In this document: in pieces, positions 54,029 to 62,832 of the stretch
Numbering within the stretch: the first letter of the stretch is position 1
How the letters are laid out: each line of letters starts with the position of its first letter
DNA from: Thermoanaerobaculia bacterium
Lineage (GTDB): Bacteria > Acidobacteriota > Thermoanaerobaculia > Multivoradales > Multivoraceae
Direction: 5' to 3'
DNA: 64,000 nt
NCBI GenBank assembly: GCA_963666565.1
Contig: OY762911.1
Coordinates: 2,912,001 to 2,976,000 of the forward strand
Position numbers and translations under genes: made by a program
The notes under the pieces: generated by a model
The model's input: the letters and a program-made list of their open reading frames with translations, nothing else
Database searches by the model: none
What the model was told of the DNA's origin: nothing

Positions 54029-55381
54029 GTGACGGTCATGCGTCTGGATGGAGTGCTGCGCTCGGAGTACGTCGCGCTGATGGCCGCGCTGGCCCTGGCG
54101 GCTGGGGTCGCTGGCGCGGCGCCGCCCGGCAGTTCGGATGTAGAGGGCGGCTGGCCGGCATGGCGCGGGCCGAGCCGCACGGGGTCGGCGCCGGCCGGCA
54201 ACCCGCCGATCGAGTGGTCCGAAACGAAGAACGTGCGGTGGAAGAAGGCGGTGCCGGGGCTCGGCCTCTCGTCGCCCATCGTCTGGGGCGACCGGCTGTT
54301 CCTGACCACCGCCGTGCCCACGGGCGAGAAGGTCGGCAACGCGCCGCCGGCCGGTCGGCGCGACGGTGTGCCGCCGGACCGGGTCCTGAGCTACGAGGTC
54401 CTCGCGCTCGACCGCGCGGACGGGTCCACGGCGTGGAAGCGATCCGTGCGGACGGAGGCGCCGCACGAGGGCACCCATCCCGACGGCGCCTGGGCCGCCG
54501 GCTCGCCGGTAACGGACGGCGAGGTGCTGATCGCCTTCTTCGGTTCGCGCGGCCTCTACGCCTTCGACCTCGACGGAGCGGAGCTCTGGCGGCGCGACTT
54601 CGGCGACATGAGGACCCGGCTCGGCTTCGGCGAGGGAAGTTCGCCGGCGCTTCACGGCGACCGCGTCTTCGTCATCTGGGACCACGAGGACGACTCCTTC
54701 ATGTTCGCCCTGGACAAGATGACCGGCGAGGAGATCTGGCGCCGCGACCGCGACGAGATGACGGCCTGGACGACGCCTCTCGTCGTCGTGCATGGCGGCC
54801 GGACGCAGGTCGTAACGAGCGCGACGAACCGCGTTCGCTCCTACGACGCGGACACCGGCGAGCCGATCTGGGAGGCGACCGGAATGACGCTCAACGCGAT
54901 TCCGTCGCCCGTCTACGAGGACGGCGTCGTCTACCTGACAAGCGGCTTCCGCGGCAGCAAGCTGCTGGCGGTGCGGCTCGACGGCGCCGAGGGCGACGTC
55001 ACGGGGACGGAGAACGTCGTCTGGTCGGTGGACCGGGACACGCCGTACGTGCCTTCGCCGCTGCTGCACGATGGCGTCATCTACTTCACGAAGTCGAACA
55101 GCGGCATCCTCTCGGCGTTCGACGCCGGGACGGGCGAGGCGCTCTACGCGAACCAGCGGCTGGGCGCCGTGCGCAACGTCTACGCCTCGCCGGTCGGAGT
55201 CGGCGACCGCGTCTACTTCGCCAGCCGCGACGGCGAGTTCCTGGTCGCCAGGGCGGGACCGACCTTCGAGGTCCTGGCCGAGAACGAACTCGACGACCGC
55301 TTCGACGCCTCGCCCGCGATCGTCGGCGACGAGATCTACCTGCGCGGCCGCGGCAACCTGTACTGCATCGCGGCCCCGTAG
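54029..55381 (+). CDS. PQQ-binding-like beta-propeller protein (BamB-like repeats)
   Basis: WPAWRGP, WSETKNVRWK, SSPIVWGDR, GEGSSP, PYVPSP, YASPV, ASPAI; AGGAGG RBS. Confidence 0.88.
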   Translation: MTVMRLDGVLRSEYVALMAALALAAGVAGAAPPGSSDVEGGWPAWRGPSRTGSAPAGNPPIEWSETKNVRWKKAVPGLGLSSPIVWGDRLFLTTAVPTGEKVGNAPPAGRRDGVPPDRVLSYEVLALDRADGSTAWKRSVRTEAPHEGTHPDGAWAAGSPVTDGEVLIAFFGSRGLYAFDLDGAELWRRDFGDMRTRLGFGEGSSPALHGDRVFVIWDHEDDSFMFALDKMTGEEIWRRDRDEMTAWTTPLVVVHGGRTQVVTSATNRVRSYDADTGEPIWEATGMTLNAIPSPVYEDGVVYLTSGFRGSKLLAVRLDGAEGDVTGTENVVWSVDRDTPYVPSPLLHDGVIYFTKSNSGILSAFDAGTGEALYANQRLGAVRNVYASPVGVGDRVYFASRDGEFLVARAGPTFEVLAENELDDRFDASPAIVGDEIYLRGRGNLYCIAAP

Positions 55382-55531
55382 CGTCGTCGGCGCGTCGTCG
55401 TGGAGCGGCTGCGTGGCGTTGTCGGTGGCACCCGCCTGTCCGGGGGCCGGTAGAGAGGGTCCCGGACGGCTGGACTTCGTCGGGCTTCCCGGCGCCGGAT
55501 GCCTGCGTTGCGGGTTGGATGAGGTCGCACA

Positions 55532-55574
55532 CTGGGTGCGCGGGTCCTCTGACCCGCTGCCGCCGGAGGCGGCC
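55532..55574. repeat. Family-A half element
   Basis: CTGGGTGCGCGGGTCCTCTGACCCGCTGCCGCCGGAGGCGGCC. Confidence 0.85.
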
Positions 55575-55591
55575 AGAAAACGCGCCGGCCG

Positions 55592-58237
55592 TCAGGCCGG
55601 CTCCCTTGGGTCGCCAGTGCCACGCAGGCCGGCGAGGGGAACTTCGAGTACGACGGTCTCGGGCAGCAGACAGAGTTGGTCGTCGCAGGCCTGGAGGCGG
55701 AGGGAGATCGGAACCGAGACGGGGCGTGGATCGGGAGCGGAGCTTGAAGGCCGGAGCGCGAACGTGATGCGCTGCCGACCCTCGTAGATCAGGACGTCGC
55801 CGGATTGGGTGCCGACCCGGGTTCGCCGCGGTTCCGGGTAGCGGAGGTTCGCGATGTCGAAGCCGCTGCCGGCCCCTTCGACCGTCGTGCCGATCAGGTC
55901 TTCCTGGAGCGGCTCGGGGCCGTTCAGGTGCCAGCCTTCGGCGATGACGAGGTCGACGTCGACTTCGTACTCGCCTGCGTCGCTGGCGGGCCGCAGGACC
56001 GCCGCCACGACGACGGCGCCGTTGCCGGCAAAGGCCCGCGGACCCGCGTCGCCTTCGAGGGCCACGGCGAGTCCGGTCAACATGTAGGTGTAGGCGGCCG
56101 GCATCCGTTCGAGGTTGGCGGCGAACGCGGCGACGGTCGCGAGCGCCCGGTCTGTGGCGTTCCGGTCGCCGGTGCGGCGGCCGAGTTCGGCCAGGGCGCG
56201 GACGGCGACCGAGTTGCCGGACGGCACGGCGCCGTCGGTCGGGCTCTTCGGCTGGGCGATCAGCAGGTTCGCCTTCTCCCGCTCGGCGATGAAGAAGCCG
56301 CTGCCGAGGCTCGGCTCGGCCGCGGCGCTGGCCGGAGCGGCCGCGGCGCCTGCCGGAGCGGCTGCGGCGTCTGCCGGAGTGGCCGCGGCGTCTGCCGGAG
56401 CGGCGCCGGCGCCTACCGCCGCAGTATCGGGATCCCAGAAGCGCTCGACCATCTCCGCCGCGACCGCCGCGGCCCGTTCGAGCCAGTCGCCGTCGGAGGT
56501 CACGTCGTGGATAGCGACAAAGGCGTGGGCGAGGTGGGCGTAGTCCTGAACCAGGCCGGGAGTCGACGCTTCGCCGTCCAGCCAGACGCGCCACAGGCCG
56601 CCTCCGTCGCGCCGGGCGTGCCGCCACAGGAAGTCCGCCGCCCGCGCCGCGGCCTCCGCGTAGGCGGGCTCGCCGAGGGCATCGGCGGCTTCTGCAAGGG
56701 CCCGGATCGTCATCCCGTTCCAGGAGGTGAGCACCTTGTCGTCGCGCAGCGGATGGAGGCGGCGCTCCCGGACTTGGTAGAGCCGCTCCCGGATCCCATC
56801 GAGCCGGTCGAGCAGATCGTTCAGCGGCAGTCCGAAGTCGGCGGCGCTCTCGTCCAGCGGCCGGTCGAGGAACAGGATGTTCCGGTGCTCGAAGTTGCCG
56901 GCGTCGCTCACGCCGAAGAGCCGAATCGCCAGTTCGGCGTGGTCGGGCGGAAGCGCGTCCCGGAGTTGGTCCTTCGTCCAGACGAAGAACTCGCCCTCGA
57001 CCGACTCGCCGTCCGCCGCTTCGCTGTCCGCGTCGGTGGCGGAATAGAAGGCGCCCTCCGGCGAGGTCATGTCGCGCAGCACGTAGTCGGCGGTCTCGCG
57101 GGCCACCCGCGCCAGCAGCGGATCGCCGGTCAGCCGCCAGGCCAGGGCGTAGGCGCGGAGCAGGTGCGCCTGGTTGTAGAGCATCTTCTCGAAGTGGGGT
57201 ACCAGCCAGCGCCCGTCCACGGAGTACCGGTGGAAGCCGCCGCCGACCTGGTCGTGGATGCCGCCGCGGGCCATCGCGCGCAGGGTGATCAGCGCGGCGT
57301 CGAGCGGCGCCCGGTCGCCGGTCCGAAGCGCCTCCTCCAGCAGCAGCAGAAGGTTCGTTTCGTTCGGAAACTTGGGCGCGTCGCCGAAGCCGCCGTGGAC
57401 CCGGTCCGTGCTGGCGACGAGGCCCCGTACTGCTTCGCCCACAACCGCGCGGCCCAGGTTCTTCGCCGCGCCGCGGGCCGCCGTGATCTGGCGCACGAGG
57501 TCGGTGATCTGCGCGGCGCTGGCTTCGAGGTCCGCGCGCCGCTCGCGCCACGCGGTGTCGACCTGGCGCATCAGATTGACGAACTGTTGCGGCGGAAAGT
57601 ACGTGGCGCCGAAGAAGGGCCGCCGGTCGGGGAGCAGGAAGCTCGACATCGGCCAGCCGCCCCGCTGCTGCGTGACCTGGACGGCGGTCATGTAGATGTC
57701 GTCGATGTCGGGCCGCTGCTCGCGGTCCACCTTGATGCAGATGAACAGCTCGTTCATCAGAGTCGCCACCTCGACGTTGTCGAAGCTCTCGCGCTCCATA
57801 ACGTGGCACCAGTGGCAGGTGGAGTAGCCGATCGAGAGGAAGACGGGCTTGTCCTCGGCCCGTGCGCGCTCGAACGCCTCCTCGCCCCAGGGGAACCAGT
57901 CGACGGGGTTGTGCGCGTGCTGCCGGAGATAGGGCGACGTCTCCAGGATGAGCCGGTTCAGGTAGAGGGGCTGGCCGCCGGCGTCGAGGAGTTCCGTCCG
58001 CGGCTCGTAGTCGGCGGGCATCGCGGCGAGCGTCGCCTCCAGCCTGGCCTGGAGCTCGGGCGGGCGCGCCGCGGCGCCGGGAGGCGGGATGGCGGATGCG
58101 GCGGGAGCGTTGGCCATGGTCAGGAAGGCGACGGCGAGGCCCACTGCGACCCGGGCGGCGCGGTCCTCCGTCCGCCCGCTGACGGGCGCACGGACTGCGA
58201 CGCGTGTGGCGCCGATCGCGCCACTCGGGTGGGGCAC
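55592..58237 (-). CDS. YyaL/SPATA20-like thioredoxin + six-hairpin glycosidase protein with C-terminal DsbD-N-like domain
   Basis: [56 protein letters not shown]; tail IAEGWHLN...[11 protein letters not shown]; GTG 58237 inferred. Confidence 0.88.
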   Translation of the reverse strand: MPHPSGAIGATRVAVRAPVSGRTEDRAARVAVGLAVAFLTMANAPAASAIPPPGAAARPPELQARLEATLAAMPADYEPRTELLDAGGQPLYLNRLILETSPYLRQHAHNPVDWFPWGEEAFERARAEDKPVFLSIGYSTCHWCHVMERESFDNVEVATLMNELFICIKVDREQRPDIDDIYMTAVQVTQQRGGWPMSSFLLPDRRPFFGATYFPPQQFVNLMRQVDTAWRERRADLEASAAQITDLVRQITAARGAAKNLGRAVVGEAVRGLVASTDRVHGGFGDAPKFPNETNLLLLLEEALRTGDRAPLDAALITLRAMARGGIHDQVGGGFHRYSVDGRWLVPHFEKMLYNQAHLLRAYALAWRLTGDPLLARVARETADYVLRDMTSPEGAFYSATDADSEAADGESVEGEFFVWTKDQLRDALPPDHAELAIRLFGVSDAGNFEHRNILFLDRPLDESAADFGLPLNDLLDRLDGIRERLYQVRERRLHPLRDDKVLTSWNGMTIRALAEAADALGEPAYAEAAARAADFLWRHARRDGGGLWRVWLDGEASTPGLVQDYAHLAHAFVAIHDVTSDGDWLERAAAVAAEMVERFWDPDTAAVGAGAAPADAAATPADAAAAPAGAAAAPASAAAEPSLGSGFFIAEREKANLLIAQPKSPTDGAVPSGNSVAVRALAELGRRTGDRNATDRALATVAAFAANLERMPAAYTYMLTGLAVALEGDAGPRAFAGNGAVVVAAVLRPASDAGEYEVDVDLVIAEGWHLNGPEPLQEDLIGTTVEGAGSGFDIANLRYPEPRRTRVGTQSGDVLIYEGRQRITFALRPSSSAPDPRPVSVPISLRLQACDDQLCLLPETVVLEVPLAGLRGTGDPREPA
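56318..56414. repeat. 21-bp in-frame tandem repeat (about 4.5 units)
   Basis: GCCGGAGCGGCCGCGGCGCCT-like units at 56331, 56352, 56373, 56394; encodes (AAPADAA)n. Confidence 0.8.
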
Positions 58238-58358
58238 GGCTTGCGAGGATACCGCCCCGAAGACGCGGCGCAGCCCGGACAGCAAGGCCGCCGGTCAGGA
58301 GCCGGCGACGATTGGACGCCGCCTTCGGCGGCAGCGGGTCAGAAGACCCGCGCACCCA
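58160..58358. repeat. Family-B module (58160-58235, in CDS) next to a family-A partial element (58264-58358)
   Basis: Minus strand GTGGCGCGATCGGCGCCAC..CAGTCCGTGCGCCCGTCAGCGGGCGGACGGA; plus strand GCCGCCTTCGGCGGCAGCGGGTCAGAAGACCCGCGCACCC. Confidence 0.8.
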
Positions 58359-58387
58359 AGGGGATGGCCGCTGTACGATTCGCCGCG

Positions 58388-59119
58388 ATGTCTGAACTGC
58401 GGCCGCCTGCGGCGGGTCGGAAGCTGATCCTGGAAGTGCGGCGCGAGTTGAAGGCCGCGGGCGACCCGGAGCGGGCCAGGGGGCAGCAGGCGTACATGAG
58501 GTCGGAGATGCCCTTCTGGGGGGTGACGACGCCGGAACTGCGCAAGATCGGCCGCGCGGCGTTCAAGCGCCATCCGCTGGACGGCTTCGAGGAGTGGCGC
58601 TCCACCGTCCTGACCCTGTGGCGAACGGCCGGCCGCCGCGAGGAACGGCACGCGGCGATCGACCTCGGCGGCTACCGGAAGTACGAGGCGCTTCGCACGA
58701 TGAAGGCGTTGCCCGTCTTCGAGGAGATGATCGTCTCCGGCGCTTGGTGGGACTACGTCGACGCCGTCGCGAGCCACCGGCTGCGCGAGCTCGTCGAGCG
58801 CTATCCGAAGACGATGGCGAAGCGGATGAAGGTCTGGAGCCGGTGCCCCGACATGTGGAAGCGTCGCGCGTCGATGATCTGCCAGCTCGGTCGCAAGGGC
58901 GACACGGACCTCGATCTGCTCCACGCGACGATCGCCGAGAACCTGCTGGAATCCCGCTTCGGCGGCGAGTTCTTCATTCGCAAGGCGATCGGCTGGGCGC
59001 TGCGCGACCTGGCCTGGCACGACCCGGAAGAAGTGCAGCGTTTCGTGGGCGAGCACGAGGAGCGGCTGAGTCCGCTCAGCCGGCGAGAGGCGCTCAGAAA
59101 TCTGGGGGGCGGACGGTGA
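58388..59119 (+). CDS. DNA alkylation repair protein (AlkD-like HEAT-repeat glycosylase)
   Basis: QQAYMRSEMPFWGV, WWDYVDAVA, WKRRASM, EFFIRKAIGWALRD, LSPLSRREA. Confidence 0.9.
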   Translation: MSELRPPAAGRKLILEVRRELKAAGDPERARGQQAYMRSEMPFWGVTTPELRKIGRAAFKRHPLDGFEEWRSTVLTLWRTAGRREERHAAIDLGGYRKYEALRTMKALPVFEEMIVSGAWWDYVDAVASHRLRELVERYPKTMAKRMKVWSRCPDMWKRRASMICQLGRKGDTDLDLLHATIAENLLESRFGGEFFIRKAIGWALRDLAWHDPEEVQRFVGEHEERLSPLSRREALRNLGGGR

Positions 59120-61623
59120 GGGTGGTGCGAACGGCCTGCGGAGGCCGACGCTTCGCGCCGGATGCCGGCGAGCACCCGGGTGGCGCGAATTCGCGCCACC
59201 GGCGAGCCAGTCCGTGCGCCCGTCAGCGGGTGCACGGATGGCACCCCGGCGCACCCAGTGTGTGGCGGGCATGCCGTTTGCGCGTTGCGGGCGTGGTCGC
59301 CGTGCTGCTGCTGGCGGCGCTTGCGGTGCTCGGCTGTGGCGGCGCCGAGTCGTCGCTTCGCTGGGTCGACTGGGCGGACGCGGCCCACCGCCAGGTCGTC
59401 GTCGACCGGGAACCCGGCCAGTACCTGGGCCACCCGACGACGGTGCTGCTCTCCGACGAGCGTTCCATCCTCACCGTCTACCCGAAGGGCCACGGCGCCG
59501 GCCCGATCGTCATGAAGCGGAGCGGCGACGGCGGGCTCACCTGGTCCGAGCGTCTGCCGACGCCGGCAAGCTGGGCGACGTCGATGGAGACGCCGACCGT
59601 CTTCCCGGTCGATCTGGCGGACGGGCGGCGGCGGCTCGTCATGTTCTCCGGGCTCTACCCGGTGCGGATGGCCCGTTCGGAGGACGAAGGCGAGACCTGG
59701 ACGGAGCTCGAGCCGATCGGCCACTTCGGCGGCGTCGTCGCGATGTCGTCGGTCGAGCGGCTGCGCAGCCTGGACGGCGAGCTGATGGCGCTCTTCCACG
59801 ACGACGGCCGGTTCTTTCGCCGGCCGACGTCCCGTTACGAGCGGATTCCAGGGTTCGAGCCCGAGTTCAAGGTCTACAAGACGATCTCGCTCGACGACGG
59901 TCTCACCTGGTCCGAACCGGAGGTCATCGCCGAGCATCCCGAGGCGCACCTCTGCGAGCCGGGGCTGATCCGCTCGCCCGACGACCGCGAGATCGCCGTG
60001 CTGCTGCGGGAGAACAGCCGCCAGTTCAACTCCTTCGTCGTCTTCTCGCCCGACGAGGGCCGCACCTGGAGCCGGCCGATCGAGTTGCCGTCCTCGCTCA
60101 CCGGCGATCGGCACGTGGGCCGCTACACGCCGGACGGGCGCCTCTTCGTCACGTTCCGCGACCAGGCGCCGTCCAGCCCGTGGCGCGGCGACTGGGTGGG
60201 CTGGCTGGGCCGCTACGAGGACCTGCGCCGCGGCAAGCGCGACCCGTGGGCCGGCGAGGCGCGGGTGCGGCTGATGGACAACACGTACGCCGCCGACACG
60301 GCGTACCCGGGCCTCGAAGTGCTGCCGGACGGCACGTTCGTGACCACGACCTACGGCCACTTCACTCCGGGGGAGGAGCCGTGGATCGCTTCGGTCCGCT
60401 TCACGACGGCGGAGCTCGACGAGGCGGCCGCCGCCGCGCCGGCCGAGGCGCCGCCGAAGCCGGTGTTGCGAGTGGGAACGAGCGGCGACTACCCGCCGTT
60501 CTCCACAGGCGAAGAGGCGGTCCGCCAAGGCTTCGACATCGAGGTGGCGCGCCGGCTCGCTTCGGATCTCGGCTACGACCTGGAGTTCCGGCCGTTCGAC
60601 TGGCCCGATCTGAGCGACGCCGTCGCCGCCGGCGACTTCGATCTCGCGATGAGCGGCGTCACCTGGCGGCCCGGCCGGGCCGCCGTGGGCTGGATGAGCC
60701 GGGCGGTCGCGGCGGGCGGTCCGTGCGTGGTCGCTTCGGCGACGGCGGCCGACCCGCCGCGCCGCGTGGCGGTCAACCGGGGCGGCATCCTGGAACGCTG
60801 GGCGAGAGAGCGATTCGCCGGCGGCGCCGCCGGGACGCCGGCGCCTGACGCGGGCCGGCGAGCCGCCCGACGAGCGGCCGGCTGGCCAGTGGAAGTGATG
60901 GCCGTGGACGACAACCTGTCGCTGCCCGGCCGTCTCGAACGCGGCGAGGTGGACGCCTTCGTCACCGATTCCTTCGAGGTCGAACACTTCGCGCGCGAGG
61001 GCTGGCGCCGGGAGTGCGAGCCGCCCGTCGATCGCAAGGTCTTCTGGGCGTCGCCGGAGCGGGCCGCCGGCCTGGGTCCCGCCATCGACCGCTGGATCCA
61101 GCGCAACGAAGGCTGGATCGAGCAGCGGCGCGAGGAGTGGTTCGGGCAGGGGCAGGGCCGCGACGAACTGGACCACCTGCTCGACCTGACGGCGAGGCGT
61201 CTCGCCTTCATGCCGCCGATCGCTGCCTGGAAGGCGGCGCGGGGCGTGCCGATCGAGGACCTGGAACGGGAGCTGGTGGTGCTGGAGGCGGCCGAGCGGA
61301 ACGCCGCGGAGTATGGGCTCGATCCAGCGCCGGTCCGCGCCTGGTTCGAACTCCAGGTCGATCTGGCCAAGGCCGTGCAGCGCCGGGCTCCGGCGGCGGC
61401 GCCCACCCTGGAACTGGACGCGATTCGGCCAGCCTTGATCCGCCTCGGCGAGCGGCAGATGCGGTCGTTGCGAGCTCTCGCCTCGGGCCTTGCCCCTGAG
61501 CTCGACGCCGCGGACCTCAAGGTGCTTGCGCCCTGGCTGCGCGCCGCGGAGGTGGAGCGGGTGCGCGTCGGGTTGCTGCGTGTGCTGGCGGAGGTCGCTA
61601 CTCGCGGTCGAGCGCCGCGATGA
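59116..61623 (+). CDS. Lipoprotein fusion: BNR/Asp-box sialidase-like propeller + cyclohexadienyl dehydratase-like SBP + AroQ chorismate mutase
   Basis: GTGA coupling; lipobox VLGC; Asp-boxes SGDGGLTW, SEDEGETW, SLDDGLTW, SPDEGRTW; LRVGTSGDYPPFS; RRLAFMPPIAAWK..PIEDLERE. Confidence 0.8.
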   Translation: MRVVRTACGGRRFAPDAGEHPGGANSRHRRASPCARQRVHGWHPGAPSVWRACRLRVAGVVAVLLLAALAVLGCGGAESSLRWVDWADAAHRQVVVDREPGQYLGHPTTVLLSDERSILTVYPKGHGAGPIVMKRSGDGGLTWSERLPTPASWATSMETPTVFPVDLADGRRRLVMFSGLYPVRMARSEDEGETWTELEPIGHFGGVVAMSSVERLRSLDGELMALFHDDGRFFRRPTSRYERIPGFEPEFKVYKTISLDDGLTWSEPEVIAEHPEAHLCEPGLIRSPDDREIAVLLRENSRQFNSFVVFSPDEGRTWSRPIELPSSLTGDRHVGRYTPDGRLFVTFRDQAPSSPWRGDWVGWLGRYEDLRRGKRDPWAGEARVRLMDNTYAADTAYPGLEVLPDGTFVTTTYGHFTPGEEPWIASVRFTTAELDEAAAAAPAEAPPKPVLRVGTSGDYPPFSTGEEAVRQGFDIEVARRLASDLGYDLEFRPFDWPDLSDAVAAGDFDLAMSGVTWRPGRAAVGWMSRAVAAGGPCVVASATAADPPRRVAVNRGGILERWARERFAGGAAGTPAPDAGRRAARRAAGWPVEVMAVDDNLSLPGRLERGEVDAFVTDSFEVEHFAREGWRRECEPPVDRKVFWASPERAAGLGPAIDRWIQRNEGWIEQRREEWFGQGQGRDELDHLLDLTARRLAFMPPIAAWKAARGVPIEDLERELVVLEAAERNAAEYGLDPAPVRAWFELQVDLAKAVQRRAPAAAPTLELDAIRPALIRLGERQMRSLRALASGLAPELDAADLKVLAPWLRAAEVERVRVGLLRVLAEVATRGRAPR
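59161..59258. repeat. REP variant with a 69-bp family-B module, in frame in the signal n-region
   Basis: GCACCC direct repeats at 59172 and 59241 bracket two hairpins; ends CCGGCGCACCCAG. Confidence 0.8.
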
Positions 61624-62671
61624 TGCCGCGGGCCATCTGCCAGGTGGAGGATCGGCCTCCGAGATCGGGGGTGAGGCGCTCGCCCGCCTTGAGCACCGCC
61701 GTCACGGCGCGGTCGATCCGGTCCGCCTCCTCGTAGCGGTCGAAGTGCCGCAGCATGGCGATGGCCGGCGTCAGCAGCGGCAGCAGGTTCGCCTGGCCGG
61801 TGCCGATCAGGTGCGGCGCGTCGCCGTGGACGGCCTCGAAGACGTGGCAGTCGTCGCCGACGTTGATCGCGTGGCCGGTGGAGATGCCGCCGGCGAGGCC
61901 GGCGCCGAGGTTGCTCAGGATGTCGCCGTAGAGGTTCTCCATCACCATGATGTCGAAGTCGTACGGGTTCAGCACCAGGCGCATGCAGGCCGCGTCGACG
62001 ATGCAGTCGTCCACCTCGATGTCGGGGTAGTCGCCGGCGACGGACCGGACCGACTCCAGGAACAGGCCGTCGCTCTGCTTCATGATGTTCGCCTTGTGGA
62101 TCGCGGTGACCTTCTTGCGCCCGTGGCGCCGGGCGATGCGGAAGGCGTAGTCCGCGATGCGGCGGCTGGCGGCGCGGCTGACCACCTTCATGCTCTCGAC
62201 CACGCCGTCGACGATCTCGTGCTCGATGCCCCGGTAGACGCTCTCGGTGATCTCGCGGATGAGCAGCACGTCGAGGTCGGGATAGCGCGTCGCCAGCCCC
62301 GGAATCGACCGCACGGGACGCACGCTTGCCCACAGCCCCAGCATCTGCCGGAGCGCGACGTTCGGGTTCTGCGGTCCCGGCCCCACCCGCACGGCGTCGC
62401 GGCCCGGGCCGATGAGACGGGTCTTGAGCGCCACCCGGCACTCGCGGATCGCGTCGGCCGCCGGGCCCAGGACGGTCTCCGTGTTGCGCCGCACCGCGGT
62501 CGGCACGTCGACGCGGACGAAGTCGAAGTCGGCGCCGGCGGACTTCAGGATCTCGAGTACCGGCGGCGCGGTTTCGGCGCCGATGCCGATGCTGCCGACG
62601 ATCAGGGCGACCCGGGGTCGGGCCGCCGCGCTCCGGTCCGCCCCGGACGCGGCCTCGCCGTTCGCGGTCAT
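61598..62671 (-). CDS. Isocitrate/isopropylmalate dehydrogenase family protein, degenerate (regulatory-like) subunit
   Basis: IHKANIMKQSDGLF and IVD retained, but NLYGDILSN and HGDAPHL. Confidence 0.85.
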   Translation of the reverse strand: MTANGEAASGADRSAAARPRVALIVGSIGIGAETAPPVLEILKSAGADFDFVRVDVPTAVRRNTETVLGPAADAIRECRVALKTRLIGPGRDAVRVGPGPQNPNVALRQMLGLWASVRPVRSIPGLATRYPDLDVLLIREITESVYRGIEHEIVDGVVESMKVVSRAASRRIADYAFRIARRHGRKKVTAIHKANIMKQSDGLFLESVRSVAGDYPDIEVDDCIVDAACMRLVLNPYDFDIMVMENLYGDILSNLGAGLAGGISTGHAINVGDDCHVFEAVHGDAPHLIGTGQANLLPLLTPAIAMLRHFDRYEEADRIDRAVTAVLKAGERLTPDLGGRSSTWQMARGIIAALDRE

Positions 62672-62832
62672 TGGGCGGCCTCCCGTTCCGCGGCCACGGC
62701 GTCGAGTTCGGCCAGCAGGGCGTCGGTCAGCTCTGACTTCCGAGGGACCCGGGCCGAGCCGCTCATTGGGCGGCCTCCCGTTCCGCGGCCACGACGTCGA
62801 GTTCGGCCAGCAGGGCGTCGGTCAGCTCTGAC
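62668..62832. repeat. 70-bp direct duplication of the 3' end of the upstream dehydrogenase gene
   Basis: 62668-62737 and 62763-62832 identical except one base. Confidence 0.95.

Noticed and set aside
55382-55530. Possible ncRNA between convergent genes
   Set aside because: Only one GC-rich hairpin (GTCCGGG...CCCGGAC) seen; no tRNA, riboswitch or other known motif recognised
1292-58358. Repeats as a CRISPR array
   Set aside because: Dispersed inverted doublets, not regularly spaced direct repeats with unique spacers; no cas genes
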